From: Spirochaetia bacterium | GTDB taxonomy: Bacteria; Spirochaetota; Spirochaetia; SZUA-6; Bin103 | Direction: 5' to 3' | DNA length: 64,000 bases | Assembly: GCA_965208575.1 (NCBI GenBank) | Contig: CBDBOV010000005.1 | Span: 960,001 to 1,024,000 of the forward strand | Shown here: piece by piece, positions 1-10,230 of the stretch | How positions within the stretch are numbered: position 1 is the stretch's first letter | Layout of the letters: every line of letters begins with the position of its first letter | Position numbers and translations under genes: made by a program | Notes under the pieces: generated by a model | The model's database searches: none | Seen by the model: the letters and a program-made list of their open reading frames with translations, nothing else | What the model was told of the DNA's origin: nothing

Positions 1-836
1 GTGGGCGCCGCGGGCCGTGCAGCACGTTCCTGGTACGCCTCGCCTTCCGGCGGCGGCGCGAAGTGGCGGCGGACCAGGTCCACCATCGGCTCCGCATCGA
101 AGTCGCCCACCACGGCCACCGCCATCAGGTCGGGCCGGTACCAGCGCTCGTAGAAGCCGACCAGGTCGTCGCGGGTGGCCGTCTCGATTACCTCCGGCAC
201 GCCGATCGGGAGCCGCACCGAGTAGCGCGAATCACCGAACAGCACGGGATACTCCAGGTCCCGGATGCGCGCGGCCGCACCGCGCCGGGTGCGCCACTCT
301 TCGAGCACCACGCCGCGCTCCTGTTCCACCTCCTCCGGATCGAAGGTGATGGCGAAAGCCCAGTCGCTGAGAATCTCGAACGCGGTCTCGATTACCTCCG
401 GGTCGTCGGTTGGTATCTCGATCTTGTAGACGGTTTCATCGAACGAGGTGTGGGCGTTCAGGTCGGGGCCGAACTTGGCGCCGATCGACTCCAGGTATTC
501 GATGATCTCGTGACCCGAAAAGCGCTCGGTGCCGTCGAACGCCATGTGCTCGACGTAGTGCGCGAGACCGCGTTCGTGCTCTTCCTCCAGGACAGAGCCG
601 GCGCGTATCGCCAGCCGGAGCTGCGCGCGGTTGAGCGGTTCGCGGTTTTCCTTGACGTACCAGGTGAGGCCGTTGCTGAGCGTGCCGTGGTGCGCCTCCG
701 GATCGAACGGAAGGTCACCATCTGCCGCCTGAGCCCAGGACGACGACGTGAACAGGAAGAGGAACAGAACGGCGGCAACCGGGACTGCGCACGCTCGGCT
801 CCCCGCGCCTGCTGAACGGACCGTATGGGAATGCAT
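1..836 (-). CDS. M16 family zinc metallopeptidase (insulinase/PqqL-like), runs off the window start
   Basis: Not in the ORF track. Manual translation from ATG 836: signal-like AAVLFLFLFTSSSWAQA, then GTLSNGLTWYV...AGSVLEEEHERGLAHYVEHMAF (inverted zincin HxxEH) and NAHTSFDETVY. Confidence 0.92.
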   Translation of the reverse strand, partial: MHSHTVRSAGAGSRACAVPVAAVLFLFLFTSSSWAQAADGDLPFDPEAHHGTLSNGLTWYVKENREPLNRAQLRLAIRAGSVLEEEHERGLAHYVEHMAFDGTERFSGHEIIEYLESIGAKFGPDLNAHTSFDETVYKIEIPTDDPEVIETAFEILSDWAFAITFDPEEVEQERGVVLEEWRTRRGAAARIRDLEYPVLFGDSRYSVRLPIGVPEVIETATRDDLVGFYERWYRPDLMAVAVVGDFDAEPMVDLVRRHFAPPPEGEAYQERAARPAAP

Positions 837-961
837 GAACAGAAAGATACCGGGTGCCTCGTGTTAAGGGCACGCGCGGATTCTTAATTTCGCGCAACGT
901 GAAGGCGGGCTGCCAGCGCCCCGAGACCGCCGCCCAGGGCGCCGCTTCCGGCCCAGCCTGC

Positions 962-1426
962 CTACTGGAGGCGGAGTTCCTCCTCGGTCGGGACCGGGTA
1001 CAGGTCGATGCCGAGGGACACGGCGTTGCGGCGTATCGGCTTGGCGAGCGCCACCATGGCCAGCTCGGTTACCAGGCTGCGTGCGATCAGCGCCGTGGAC
1101 AGGTGGATCGCGTCGGGGGTGCGCAGCGGCTCGCGCGGGAACGGGCGTCGCGCCCGGTCGACCACCTGGGGGTCGATGGTGAAGATCGTCCAGTGCTCGG
1201 CGACCTGGTTGAGCGCGTCGCGCGTCTGGGCCACCCGCGCCAGGCTGAACACGCCGCGCTCCTGGCCGCGATGCAGTACGCGTTCGCACTCGACCAGTGC
1301 CAGGTCGGAGGTCAGTACCAGCTCCGCCGCCTGCAGCCGGAAGCGTATCTCATCGCCGCCGTCCTCTCCCATGAGCCACGCCAGGATTGCGCTCGACTCG
1401 GCGTAAATGTTCGCGGGTCTGCTCAT
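962..1426 (-). CDS. vapC: PIN-domain (VapC-type) toxin
   Basis: IYAESSAILAW N-terminus and LRTPDAIHLSTA motif. Overlaps the upstream antitoxin by 4 bp. Confidence 0.88.
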   Translation of the reverse strand: MSRPANIYAESSAILAWLMGEDGGDEIRFRLQAAELVLTSDLALVECERVLHRGQERGVFSLARVAQTRDALNQVAEHWTIFTIDPQVVDRARRPFPREPLRTPDAIHLSTALIARSLVTELAMVALAKPIRRNAVSLGIDLYPVPTEEELRLQ

Positions 1427-1713
1427 AGCAGTCCTCGTTCGTCGTCGAGCAGACGCTGCGTGCTGTCGGGGGTAAGCGAACGCTGCACACGCGGGTAGGA
1501 AACGGCCACGTTGGGCGCACCGAGACGGGCTCGGCCGGCGCGCGCATGACGAATCAGACCGGCGTATTCGGCCCCGCGCGGAACGCCGGTGGGCTGGCGC
1601 AATTCGGCGACCACCCGGCCGCGGTCGGTGACCAGAAACTCTTCGCCGCGGCGGACTCGGCGGACGAACTCGCTGAGCCGGTTTTTCAACTCACGGATAC
1701 CAACAGAAGTCAC
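1423..1713 (-). CDS. Phd/YefM family antitoxin
   Basis: VGIRELKNRLSEFVRRVRRGEEFLVTDRGRVVAEL is a typical Phd N-terminus. GTG 1713 is preferred over the ORF-track start at 1743. Confidence 0.9.
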   Translation of the reverse strand: MTSVGIRELKNRLSEFVRRVRRGEEFLVTDRGRVVAELRQPTGVPRGAEYAGLIRHARAGRARLGAPNVAVSYPRVQRSLTPDSTQRLLDDERGLL

Positions 1714-1717
1714 GGTG

Positions 1718-1732
1718 GCTACAATTTGTAGC
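1718..1732. promoter_or_regulatory. Palindromic operator of the phd-vapC operon
   Basis: GCTACAATTTGTAGC directly upstream of the antitoxin start. Confidence 0.6.
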
Positions 1733-1937
1733 AATGTAGGCACATCTGTCTACGGTACGGGCGAATTTTCTTGCACTTTCGCGCTCTTTTTTTGGTGATT
1801 CCTGAATGTGTTGCGCGCCTCTTGCGGGCTGACCATGCACGGGTTACAAGAGTGCCGAGGGGCAACTTGGGGATGCAGAAGGCGAAGACAATCCACCTGC
1901 GCGCGCTCCCGTCCCGGCCACGGTTTCGGGGCACGTC

Positions 1938-3533
1938 ATGAGCGCGCAATACCTGATCGGTGTCGACCTCGGGACCAGCCTGGTGAAGGCGGGGCTGTAC
2001 GACGCGGCAGGCCGGCTGGTGGCGCAGGCGGCCCGCCCGGCGCCGCTACGGCAGCCGGCCCCGGGGGTGGCGGAACAGGACGGCGACGAATTCCTGGCCG
2101 CCGCCGCGGCGTGCGTGCAGGAGGTGGTGAGCGGGGCGGGGGCCGCGCCGGCGCAGGTTGCGGGGATCGCGTTCGACGGGCAGATGGGCGGCGCCATGGC
2201 GGTGGACGCGCGGTTTCGGGCCCTGACGCCCTGGTACCCGTCCGGGCTCGATGGACGCTACCTGCCGCACCAGCAGGAGCTTGCCGAGCGTGCCGGAACC
2301 CATCTGATCGAGCGCTGCGGCGACCTGCCGATCATGGCGCCGCGCATGCTGTGGTGGCGCGAGCAGTCGCCGGAACGGTACCGCGGCATCGCCAAGGTAG
2401 TGACGCTGGCCGGCTTCGTCGCCGGGCGCATGGCCGGGCTGCACGCCGACCGGGCATTCGTGGACGCCTCCTACCTGACCTGGGTGGGGCTGGGCGACAC
2501 GGCGGGCCACCGCTGGTCGGCGGAACTGGCGGAGATCAACGGTCTCGGCGGCGGCGGTCTGGCCAGGATGCCGCGCATCGTGCCGGCGACCGAGGTGGTG
2601 GGACACCTGTCGCGCGAGGCGGCGGCCGCCTGCGGTGTTGCGGAAGGGGTGCCGGTGGTGGCCGGCGCCGGCGACCAGGCGGCCGGGTTCGTGGGCGCCG
2701 GCCTGGTCGAGCCGGGCCAACTGATCGACGTGGCCGGCACGTTCCCGGTGTTCGGGATCTGCTCGCGGCGCTACTTCGCCGACCTGGACACGCGCATGCT
2801 CAAGCCGATCGCCAGTCCGCTCGGCGGCGGCGCCTGGTACTCGATGATGTATATCAACGGCGGCGGCCTGACCCACCGCTGGTTCGCCGAGCAGTTCGCG
2901 GCGGCGGCAGGCGAGGCCGCCGCTGCCGCGGGCGGCGCGCCGTTCGCGGCGCTGGACGCCGCGGCGGAGCAGGTGGCGGCGGGTTCGGACGGCCTGCTGT
3001 GCGTGCCGCACCTGATGGGCCGGGCATGTCCGAACGAGCCCGACGTGCGCGGCGCCTGGGTCGGGTTTACCTGGACGCATGGGCGGGCGCACTTCTACCG
3101 CGCCCTGCTGGAGTCGGTCGCCTACGAGTATGCCCTGGCGTGCCGGGCGCTGCGCGCGGCGGCGCCCGACCTCGCGCTGGAGGAGGTACGGGTGACCGGC
3201 GGCGGTTCGGCGAGCGGCCTGTGGAACCGGATCAAGGCCGACGTCCTCGGGCTGCCCTACGTGCGGCTCGCGGTGCCGGATGCCTCGACGCTGGGCAGCG
3301 CGATTCTGGCCGGGCACGGCGTCGGGTTGATGCCGGACATGGCGGTCGTGGCCGGCAGCGCCGCGCGGCCGGGCACGCGGTATCTGCCGGGTGACACCGC
3401 GCACCAACGGTACGGCGCTTGCGTCGACGCCTACGGAAACGCACTGCGCCGCCTGGGCGGCGCTTACACTGCGCTCGCGGACCTGCGCTCCGCGAGCGCC
3501 GATCACGCGGGTGCAAGCATCGGCAGCCGCTGA
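1938..3533 (+). CDS. FGGY family carbohydrate kinase (xylulokinase-like)
   Basis: LIGVDLGTSLVKA, GAGDQAAG, VTGGGSAS and WNRIKADVLG motifs. Confidence 0.93.
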   Translation: MSAQYLIGVDLGTSLVKAGLYDAAGRLVAQAARPAPLRQPAPGVAEQDGDEFLAAAAACVQEVVSGAGAAPAQVAGIAFDGQMGGAMAVDARFRALTPWYPSGLDGRYLPHQQELAERAGTHLIERCGDLPIMAPRMLWWREQSPERYRGIAKVVTLAGFVAGRMAGLHADRAFVDASYLTWVGLGDTAGHRWSAELAEINGLGGGGLARMPRIVPATEVVGHLSREAAAACGVAEGVPVVAGAGDQAAGFVGAGLVEPGQLIDVAGTFPVFGICSRRYFADLDTRMLKPIASPLGGGAWYSMMYINGGGLTHRWFAEQFAAAAGEAAAAAGGAPFAALDAAAEQVAAGSDGLLCVPHLMGRACPNEPDVRGAWVGFTWTHGRAHFYRALLESVAYEYALACRALRAAAPDLALEEVRVTGGGSASGLWNRIKADVLGLPYVRLAVPDASTLGSAILAGHGVGLMPDMAVVAGSAARPGTRYLPGDTAHQRYGACVDAYGNALRRLGGAYTALADLRSASADHAGASIGSR

Positions 3534-3812
3534 GCGGTCCGCCGTCAACCGGTGGCGCATCCACCCGCTGCAACGAGTGGGGGTGCTTCCCGGCCGACCG
3601 CGCTGCTCCTCGCACACCCGTGGCGACCCGCTCGTTCGGCGCGCGGCCGGCCGGGCGCCGCGCCGCACCCCGGCGCGATGCCGGGCGCCGCAGGCTGCTG
3701 GAGCAGGCCGCGCGGTTCGCCGAAGCGACGGAGCAAGGCCCGGGCGATCGGCAAGACTCCACGACCGCCGTGCGGCTGGCGGCAAGCCCCGGGTTTGCGC
3801 ACACTGCGGGCC

Positions 3813-5201
3813 ATGAGTCGACCCAACATCATCCTGTTCCTGACCGATCAGCTCCGCCAGGACGCCCTGGGGTGCTACGGCAATGCGATCTGCCGGACGC
3901 CGAACCTGGATCGCCTGGCGGCGCAGGGGACCGTCTTCGACTACGCCTACACCACCTCGCCGGTGTGCTCGCCGGCGCGCGCCTCCCTGCTCACCGGGCT
4001 GTACCCGCACAACCACGGCGTCATGATCAACACCCACATCGGGCCGGCTTGGTGCCGTGGGCTGTCGCCGGAATTCCCCACCTTCTCGGCATTGCTGCGC
4101 GCCGGCGGCTACGCGCTCGACTACGTGGGCAAGTGGCACGTGCACCAGGACCGGGGGCCGGAGGAGTACGGCTTTCACCGCCACGTCACGCCGGAGGCGG
4201 TGCGCCGCGGCAAGCCGGAGACGATGGTGTACATCGACTTCCCGGGCGGCCGGCAGGCGGTGTGCGGCGTGCTCGACGCGCCCAAGGAGCAGTCCTTCTC
4301 GTGGCGCTGCACCGACGAAGGCATCGCCTTCATCCATGAGCGCGCGGCCGGCGAGCAGCCGTTCTTCCTGCGCATCGACTGCACCGCTCCCCACTTCGCC
4401 AACATCGTGCCGGAGCCGTTCGCGTCGCTGCACGACCCGGCCGCCATTCCGCCGTGGCCCAACTTCCACGAGTCGTTCGCCGGCAAGCCCGCCGCCCACC
4501 TGCGCAAGCACCGCGAGTGGCACCTGGAGGACAAGGACTGGGCGTGGTGGCGGCCGGCGGTGGCCAGGTACTACGGCGACGTGGCGCTGCTCGATGCCTG
4601 CCTGGGCCGGGTGGTGGCGGCAGTCGAGGAGAACGGCATCGCCGACGACACGGTGATCATATTCGCCACCGACCACGGCGACTCGATGGGCAGCCACCGG
4701 CACTTCGAGAAGGCCGGCACGATGTACGAGGAGGTGTTCCGGATTCCCCTGATCGTCAAGTTGCCCGGTGCTCCCGCACAGCGCACAGGCCACTTCGTTC
4801 GCCTCATGGACCTGATGCCCACCATCGTCGAGCTCGCCGGCATCGCCGCGCTGGACGGTATCGACGCGCTGAGTCTGCTGCCGCTGTTGCAGGGCGAGGA
4901 GCCGTCAACGTGGCCGGACAGCGTGTACTGCGAACAGCACGGCGAGGTGTGGGGCTACCAGACGCAGCGCATGGTCCGAACGCAGGACTGGAAGTACGTG
5001 TACAACGCTCACGACCTCGACGAGCTGTACGACGTGCGCAACGACCCCTTCGAGATGCGCAACCGCATCGACGACCCTGCGGTACGCGCGGCGCAGCAGG
5101 AGATGAAGGGCCGCCTGCTCGGCTGGAACGACGCCACCGGCGACCAGTTGCAATGGAACTGGGTGCGCTGGAACTTCCCGGCCCCGATCCCGCCGCGGTA
5201 G
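3813..5201 (+). CDS. Sulfatase (Cys-type formylglycine motif)
   Basis: RPNIILFLTDQ, CSPARASLLTG, GKWH and TDHGD. Start placed at ATG 3813. Confidence 0.95.
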   Translation: MSRPNIILFLTDQLRQDALGCYGNAICRTPNLDRLAAQGTVFDYAYTTSPVCSPARASLLTGLYPHNHGVMINTHIGPAWCRGLSPEFPTFSALLRAGGYALDYVGKWHVHQDRGPEEYGFHRHVTPEAVRRGKPETMVYIDFPGGRQAVCGVLDAPKEQSFSWRCTDEGIAFIHERAAGEQPFFLRIDCTAPHFANIVPEPFASLHDPAAIPPWPNFHESFAGKPAAHLRKHREWHLEDKDWAWWRPAVARYYGDVALLDACLGRVVAAVEENGIADDTVIIFATDHGDSMGSHRHFEKAGTMYEEVFRIPLIVKLPGAPAQRTGHFVRLMDLMPTIVELAGIAALDGIDALSLLPLLQGEEPSTWPDSVYCEQHGEVWGYQTQRMVRTQDWKYVYNAHDLDELYDVRNDPFEMRNRIDDPAVRAAQQEMKGRLLGWNDATGDQLQWNWVRWNFPAPIPPR

Positions 5202-5359
5202 CGGCCCGGGGCGCTCGCCCCGGGCGGCCGCCGGCCGGCCGCTGCGCCGGAGGCGTCGGAGGCGTCGAACCGGTGCGCGGCAAGCGTGCGGCCAGGAGTC
5301 GCCTGCCTGGGACGGGCGAGGGGTATGCGCCGGCGCGCGCGCGCCGGCTCGTCGCGGGC

Positions 5360-5662
5360 CTACCCCCCGGTCCGGGCCGGTTGCGCCGCCGAGGTGCGTC
5401 CGAAGCGCAGCGCGGCGCGTGCCCGCGCCTTGGCGGCCTCAGCCTCGCGGTCGCGCGGCGGGGCGCTGGTGACCAGCGTGTCGAGCAGGCGGCCGGTGGC
5501 GGCGGCCACGTCGTCCACGGCGCGCAGGAACGCGGCTTCATTGGCGCGCGACGGCCTGCTGGCGCCGGACACCTTGCGCACGTACTGCAGCGCGGCGGCG
5601 CGCACCTCCTCGCGCGTGGCGGGCGGCGCGAAATTGTGCAGAGGACGAATGTTGCGGCACAT
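5360..5662 (-). CDS. DUF2277-like small protein
   Basis: MCRNIRPLHNFAPPATREEVRAAALQYVRKVSG matches my recollection of this family. Confidence 0.85.
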   Translation of the reverse strand: MCRNIRPLHNFAPPATREEVRAAALQYVRKVSGASRPSRANEAAFLRAVDDVAAATGRLLDTLVTSAPPRDREAEAAKARARAALRFGRTSAAQPARTGG

Positions 5663-5845
5663 GACGGGGCGCATTGTAGGCGAGTTCCGCCGCCGCCGCG
5701 AGCCCCGCACCGTCACGGCTCGCCACGGCTGTGGCGCCGCGCACGCCATGTCGAGTTCCGGTCCCGCGGATGGTGGTGATTGCTTACTTGTGTTCCTTGC
5801 GTGCGTGCGCTAACCTGCCGCCACAATTCCGTGAGGAGGAATCGA

Positions 5846-7912
5846 GTGAAACACAGACTATTGTCGTGTGCCGGCCTGGTGGCCGGCATCATGCTGGCCG
5901 CGGTGCCGCTGTTTGCCAGCGGCGAGGAAGAGGGGGCCGCCGGCGGCGGCGCCGCCGCCATGGCCGCGGAGGGCAGCGACATCATCAAGATCGTGGGCCG
6001 CTACACGGTCCGGGAGAGCTGGCTGACGCCGCCGACGGCCTCGCAGGTGGGCATCACCACCTTCCAGGAGGCGCCGATGCTGGCCGCCATGGTGCAGGCG
6101 GGCGAGTTGCCGCCGGTGGAGGACCGGCTGCCCGACGACCCGATGGTGATGGAGCCCTATTCGGAGGTGGGCCAGTACGGCGGCGAGCTGCGCGTGGCGC
6201 GCACCGGACCCACCGACTACGGCGACATGCACCGCGGCGCCAAGACCTTCCTGTTCCGCGCCGACCCGACCCTGAACGAGATCATCCCGCACGGCGCCAA
6301 GGGCTACACCTTGTCCGACGACCGCACCGTGCTCACTTTCCACCTGCGCGAGGGGATGAAGTGGTCGGACGGCATGCCGTTCACCACCGCCGACTTCATG
6401 TGGGTATACGACAACGTGTTCCTGAACCCGGACATTCCGAGTCAGGCGATCCGCTGGTCGAACGCCGGCGAGTTGTCCAAGTGGGAGGCGATCGACGACT
6501 ACACGCTGCGCATGACCTACGCGGCGCCGCTGACGCCGACCTACCTGATTCCGCTGCTGAACTTCCACCGCACCCGGCAGGGCAACATCTACTCGCCGGT
6601 GCACTACATCGAGCAGTTCCACGCCGACTTCAACGACAAGGCGGAGGAGATGGCCCAGGCGGAGGGACACGAAAACTGGATCGCTCACCTGCGCGCCCGC
6701 ATGGAGACTGCGCCGCGGGAGGCGTACCCGCAGCCGAAGCTGGCCGCGTGGGTGCTGGAGAGCCGTGACTCGACCGGCAAGTTCAGCGTGCGCAACCCGT
6801 ACTTCTTCGCGGTCGACTCGGCCGGCAACCAGCTTCCCTACATCGACACCCTGCGGGCGATCTTCTTCGCCGACAAGCAGGTGGCGATCCTGAACATGAT
6901 GCAGGGCAAGGTGGACATCGGCGGGCGCATGATGGACCCGGCCAGTTTCGCCCTGTACAAGCAGAACGAAGAGGTGGGCGGCTACAACGTGCGCGAGTGG
7001 CAGGACACCAAGACCAGCCGCGTCATCTTCATGCCCAACATGAACAGCATGCACCCGGTCAAGGGGCCGGTCCTGTTCGACAAGCGGTTCCGTCAGGCGC
7101 TGTCGCTGGCCATCAACCGCCAGGAGATCAACGAGTTCGTGTTCCTGGGCCTGGCCACCCCGGCGCAGTACTCGGTCGATCCGGGCGCCGCGTTCTACGA
7201 CGAGGCCTGGGCCCGCTCGTACGCCGATTACGATCCGGAGGCGGCCAAGGCCAAGCTCGACGAGATGGGCATGACCGACCGCGACGGCGACGGCTGGCGC
7301 GAGGCGCCGGGCGGCGAGGAGTTCATCCTCGACCTGCGTCCCCATACCAGCTCGGTGCTCGGCACCATGGGCGACAACATCAGCGAGCTGGCCCGCACCT
7401 ACTGGGAGGAAATCGGCATCAAGATCAACTACAAGCAGATCGCCCAGGAGCTGCAGTCGCAGTTGCTGAACGCCAACGAGCTGGACATCGTGATCTTCGT
7501 CTCCGAGCACTACATGCCGAGCCGGCTGTCGTCGCCGCCGCCGTTCGGGGGTGACGTGATCATCCACTCGCTCGAGTGGCGCAACTTCTACCGCCACCAG
7601 CGCTGGCTGGACGGCGGCAAGCAGGGCGACGAGCCGCCGATGGGCACCGAGCCGCCGCCGGAGTGGAAGCAGTGGATCGACGACTGGCACGCCTGGGTCG
7701 ACGCTGCCGACGCCGAGGAATTCAACCGCATCGGCGCCAAGGTGTGGGCGTTCCAGGCCGAGCAACTGCCGGTCATCGGCACGGTGGCCAAGGCGGTGCG
7801 GCCGATCATCATCAACAGCCGCATCAACAACGTGCCGGACGTGCTGCCGTTCTCGTTCGAGAGCTTCCTCTGGGTGCAGACTCTGCCGGCCCAGTGGTAT
7901 ATCGACGAGTAG
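5846..7912 (+). CDS. ABC transporter substrate-binding protein, family 5
   Basis: GAGGAGGA RBS then GTG 5846. Signal peptide, EAPMLA...LPPVEDRLP, LREGMKWSDG and GNQLPYID. Confidence 0.95.
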   Translation: MKHRLLSCAGLVAGIMLAAVPLFASGEEEGAAGGGAAAMAAEGSDIIKIVGRYTVRESWLTPPTASQVGITTFQEAPMLAAMVQAGELPPVEDRLPDDPMVMEPYSEVGQYGGELRVARTGPTDYGDMHRGAKTFLFRADPTLNEIIPHGAKGYTLSDDRTVLTFHLREGMKWSDGMPFTTADFMWVYDNVFLNPDIPSQAIRWSNAGELSKWEAIDDYTLRMTYAAPLTPTYLIPLLNFHRTRQGNIYSPVHYIEQFHADFNDKAEEMAQAEGHENWIAHLRARMETAPREAYPQPKLAAWVLESRDSTGKFSVRNPYFFAVDSAGNQLPYIDTLRAIFFADKQVAILNMMQGKVDIGGRMMDPASFALYKQNEEVGGYNVREWQDTKTSRVIFMPNMNSMHPVKGPVLFDKRFRQALSLAINRQEINEFVFLGLATPAQYSVDPGAAFYDEAWARSYADYDPEAAKAKLDEMGMTDRDGDGWREAPGGEEFILDLRPHTSSVLGTMGDNISELARTYWEEIGIKINYKQIAQELQSQLLNANELDIVIFVSEHYMPSRLSSPPPFGGDVIIHSLEWRNFYRHQRWLDGGKQGDEPPMGTEPPPEWKQWIDDWHAWVDAADAEEFNRIGAKVWAFQAEQLPVIGTVAKAVRPIIINSRINNVPDVLPFSFESFLWVQTLPAQWYIDE

Positions 7913-7987
7913 CGACGGCGCGCTGACGCTGACGCAACCTCGGGCCGCACCTCCCCGCGCGGGGGGTGCGGCCGGTAGGGGGCCGCG

Positions 7988-8983
7988 ATGGTCGACTATC
8001 TGATTCGCCGGTTCATGAACATGCTGCTGGCACTGATCGTGATCTCGTTCCTGTCGTTCGTGATCATCCAGTTGCCGCCGGGCGACTACCTGACCAGCTA
8101 CATCACCCGCCTGCGCGCGCAGGGGGAGTTGGTGAGCGAGGAGATGGTGGCCAGCCTGACCATGCAGTACGGGCTCGACAAGTCGTTCATGGGCCAGTAC
8201 TGGAAGTGGATCACCAACTTCGTGCAGGGCGACATGGGGCAGTCGTTCCGCTACCAGACCCCGGTTAACGACCTGGTGTGGGAGCGGATCGGGCTGACGC
8301 TGGTGATCTCCACTTCCTCCCTGATGTTCATCTGGGTCGTGGCCTTCCCGGTGGGCATCTACGTGGCGGTGCGGCAGTATTCGCCGGGCGACTACGTGGC
8401 GACGTTCTTCAGCTTCATCGGGCTGGCGATTCCCAACTTCATGCTGGCGCTGGTGCTGATGTACGTCAGCTTCCGCTACTTGCGGATCGACGTGGGCGGC
8501 CTGTTCTCGCTGGAGTACCAGGACGCTCCCTGGTCGTTCGGCAAGGTGATCGACCTGATCGGCCACCTGTGGATTCCCACCATCGTGCTCGGCTCGGCCG
8601 GCACCGCGGGGCTGGTGCGCATCATGCGCGCCAACCTGCTCGACGAGTTGCGCAAGCTGTACGTGATCACGGCGCGCGCCAAGGGACTGACCGAGAACCG
8701 CATCGTGATGAAGTACCCGGTGCGGGTGGCGCTCAACCCGTTCATCAGTACGGTGGGGTGGACCCTGCCGCAGCTCATCTCGGGCGCCACCATCACCGCG
8801 GTGGTGCTCAACCTGCCGACCACCGGACCGCTGCTGATCGACGCGCTGCTGGCGCAGGACATGTTCCTGGCCGGCAGCTTCATCATGCTGCTGAGCATTC
8901 TCACCGTGATCGGCACCCTGATCTCGGACCTGCTGCTGATCGTGATCGATCCGCGCATCCGGTTCGAGAAGAAAGCGGGTTAG
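7988..8983 (+). CDS. ABC transporter permease (OppB/DppB-type)
   Basis: Hydrophobic segments, TARAKGL EAA loop, C-terminal DPRIR. Confidence 0.95.
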   Translation: MVDYLIRRFMNMLLALIVISFLSFVIIQLPPGDYLTSYITRLRAQGELVSEEMVASLTMQYGLDKSFMGQYWKWITNFVQGDMGQSFRYQTPVNDLVWERIGLTLVISTSSLMFIWVVAFPVGIYVAVRQYSPGDYVATFFSFIGLAIPNFMLALVLMYVSFRYLRIDVGGLFSLEYQDAPWSFGKVIDLIGHLWIPTIVLGSAGTAGLVRIMRANLLDELRKLYVITARAKGLTENRIVMKYPVRVALNPFISTVGWTLPQLISGATITAVVLNLPTTGPLLIDALLAQDMFLAGSFIMLLSILTVIGTLISDLLLIVIDPRIRFEKKAG

Positions 8984-8996
8984 GCGGGAGCGGGCG

Positions 8997-10187
8997 ATGG
9001 CGGAGGCGGATCGCGGGCACGGCCCCCAGGTCGAGACGCGCGAACTGGTGGTGCCGCGCGTTACGGACGCCGAGCGTGCCGCCGAGCTCGACGACCGCGA
9101 CGACCGCGAGTTCTACGCGTCGCAGTGGCAGCTCATGCGCCGCCGCTTCTTTCGCCACAAGGTGGCGGTGGGGGCGACCATCGCGCTCGCCGTGCTGTAC
9201 CTGGCGGCGTTGTTCTCGCCGTTCCTGAGCCCGCACGACCCGGTGCTGCGCAGCCTGGCCTACAAGGAGGCGCCGCCCATGGTGGTGCGCTTGTTCGAGG
9301 AGGGGCGCCTGCGCGGGCCGTTCGTGTACCCGCTGGTGAGCGAGCTGGACCGGGAGACCTACGAGAACGTCTACCAGGAGGATCGCGCGCAGCGCTACCC
9401 GGTAAAGCTGTTCGTGCGTGGCTTCGAGTACAAGCTGTTCGGGCTGTTCCCGTCCGATATGCACCTGTTCGGTACCGGCGTGGAGGGCGTGCCGGTGCAC
9501 CTGTTCGGCACCGACGCGCTCGGCCGCGACGTGTTCTCGCGCACGTTGTACGGCGCCCAGATCTCGCTGTCGGTGGGCCTGGTCGGGGTCGCGATCAGCT
9601 TCTTCCTGGGCATCCTGATCGGCGGCGTGGCCGGCTTCTTCGGCGGCACCGTGGACGAGGTGATCCAGCGCATGATCGAGATCATCATCGGCATTCCCAG
9701 CCTGCCGCTGTGGATGGGGCTGAGCGCGGCGCTTCCCACCGGCTGGCCGGTGCTCAAGATGTACTTCGCCATCACCGTGATCGTGTCGCTGATCGGCTGG
9801 ACCAGCCTGGCGCGCGTAGTGCGCGGCAAGTTCCTGTCGCTGCGCGAGGAGGACTTCGTGGTGGCCGCCAAGCTGGCCGGCCGGCGCGACGTGCCCACCA
9901 TCTTCCTGCACATGGTGCCGTCGTTCCTGAGCCACATCATTGCCTCACTGACCCTGGCGATCCCGACCATGATCCTGGCCGAGACCGCGCTCAGCTTCCT
10001 GGGCCTGGGCATGCAGCCGCCGGCGATCAGTTGGGGCGTGCTGCTCAAGGCGGCCCAGAACGTGCACTCCATCGCGCTCGCCCCGTGGCTGATGATCCCC
10101 GGCCTGTTCGTGATCATCACCGTGCTCGCCTTCAACTTCGTCGGCGACGGCCTGCGCGACGCCGCCGACCCCTACGCATCACATTGA
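8997..10187 (+). CDS. ABC transporter permease (OppC/DppC-type)
   Basis: [36 protein letters not shown]. Confidence 0.95.
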   Translation: MAEADRGHGPQVETRELVVPRVTDAERAAELDDRDDREFYASQWQLMRRRFFRHKVAVGATIALAVLYLAALFSPFLSPHDPVLRSLAYKEAPPMVVRLFEEGRLRGPFVYPLVSELDRETYENVYQEDRAQRYPVKLFVRGFEYKLFGLFPSDMHLFGTGVEGVPVHLFGTDALGRDVFSRTLYGAQISLSVGLVGVAISFFLGILIGGVAGFFGGTVDEVIQRMIEIIIGIPSLPLWMGLSAALPTGWPVLKMYFAITVIVSLIGWTSLARVVRGKFLSLREEDFVVAAKLAGRRDVPTIFLHMVPSFLSHIIASLTLAIPTMILAETALSFLGLGMQPPAISWGVLLKAAQNVHSIALAPWLMIPGLFVIITVLAFNFVGDGLRDAADPYASH

Positions 10188-10230
10188 TACGTCTCACCTC
10201 CCACTGACAGGCCTCGCATCGCATCGATGC

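Noticed and set aside
878-1835. Weak similarity (GATTC..AAT..GCGC..GCGGGCTG) on both sides of phd-vapC as a target duplication
   Set aside because: Too gapped to distinguish from chance.
3540-3810. GC-rich intergenic stretch as ncRNA or gene remnant
   Set aside because: Only short hairpins expected at this GC content. No recognisable family or second copy.
2046-8566. Long antisense ORFs (2046..4793, 5858..8566 and similar ones across the window)
   Set aside because: Shadow ORFs of high-GC genes, with no motifs, overlapping well-supported CDSs.
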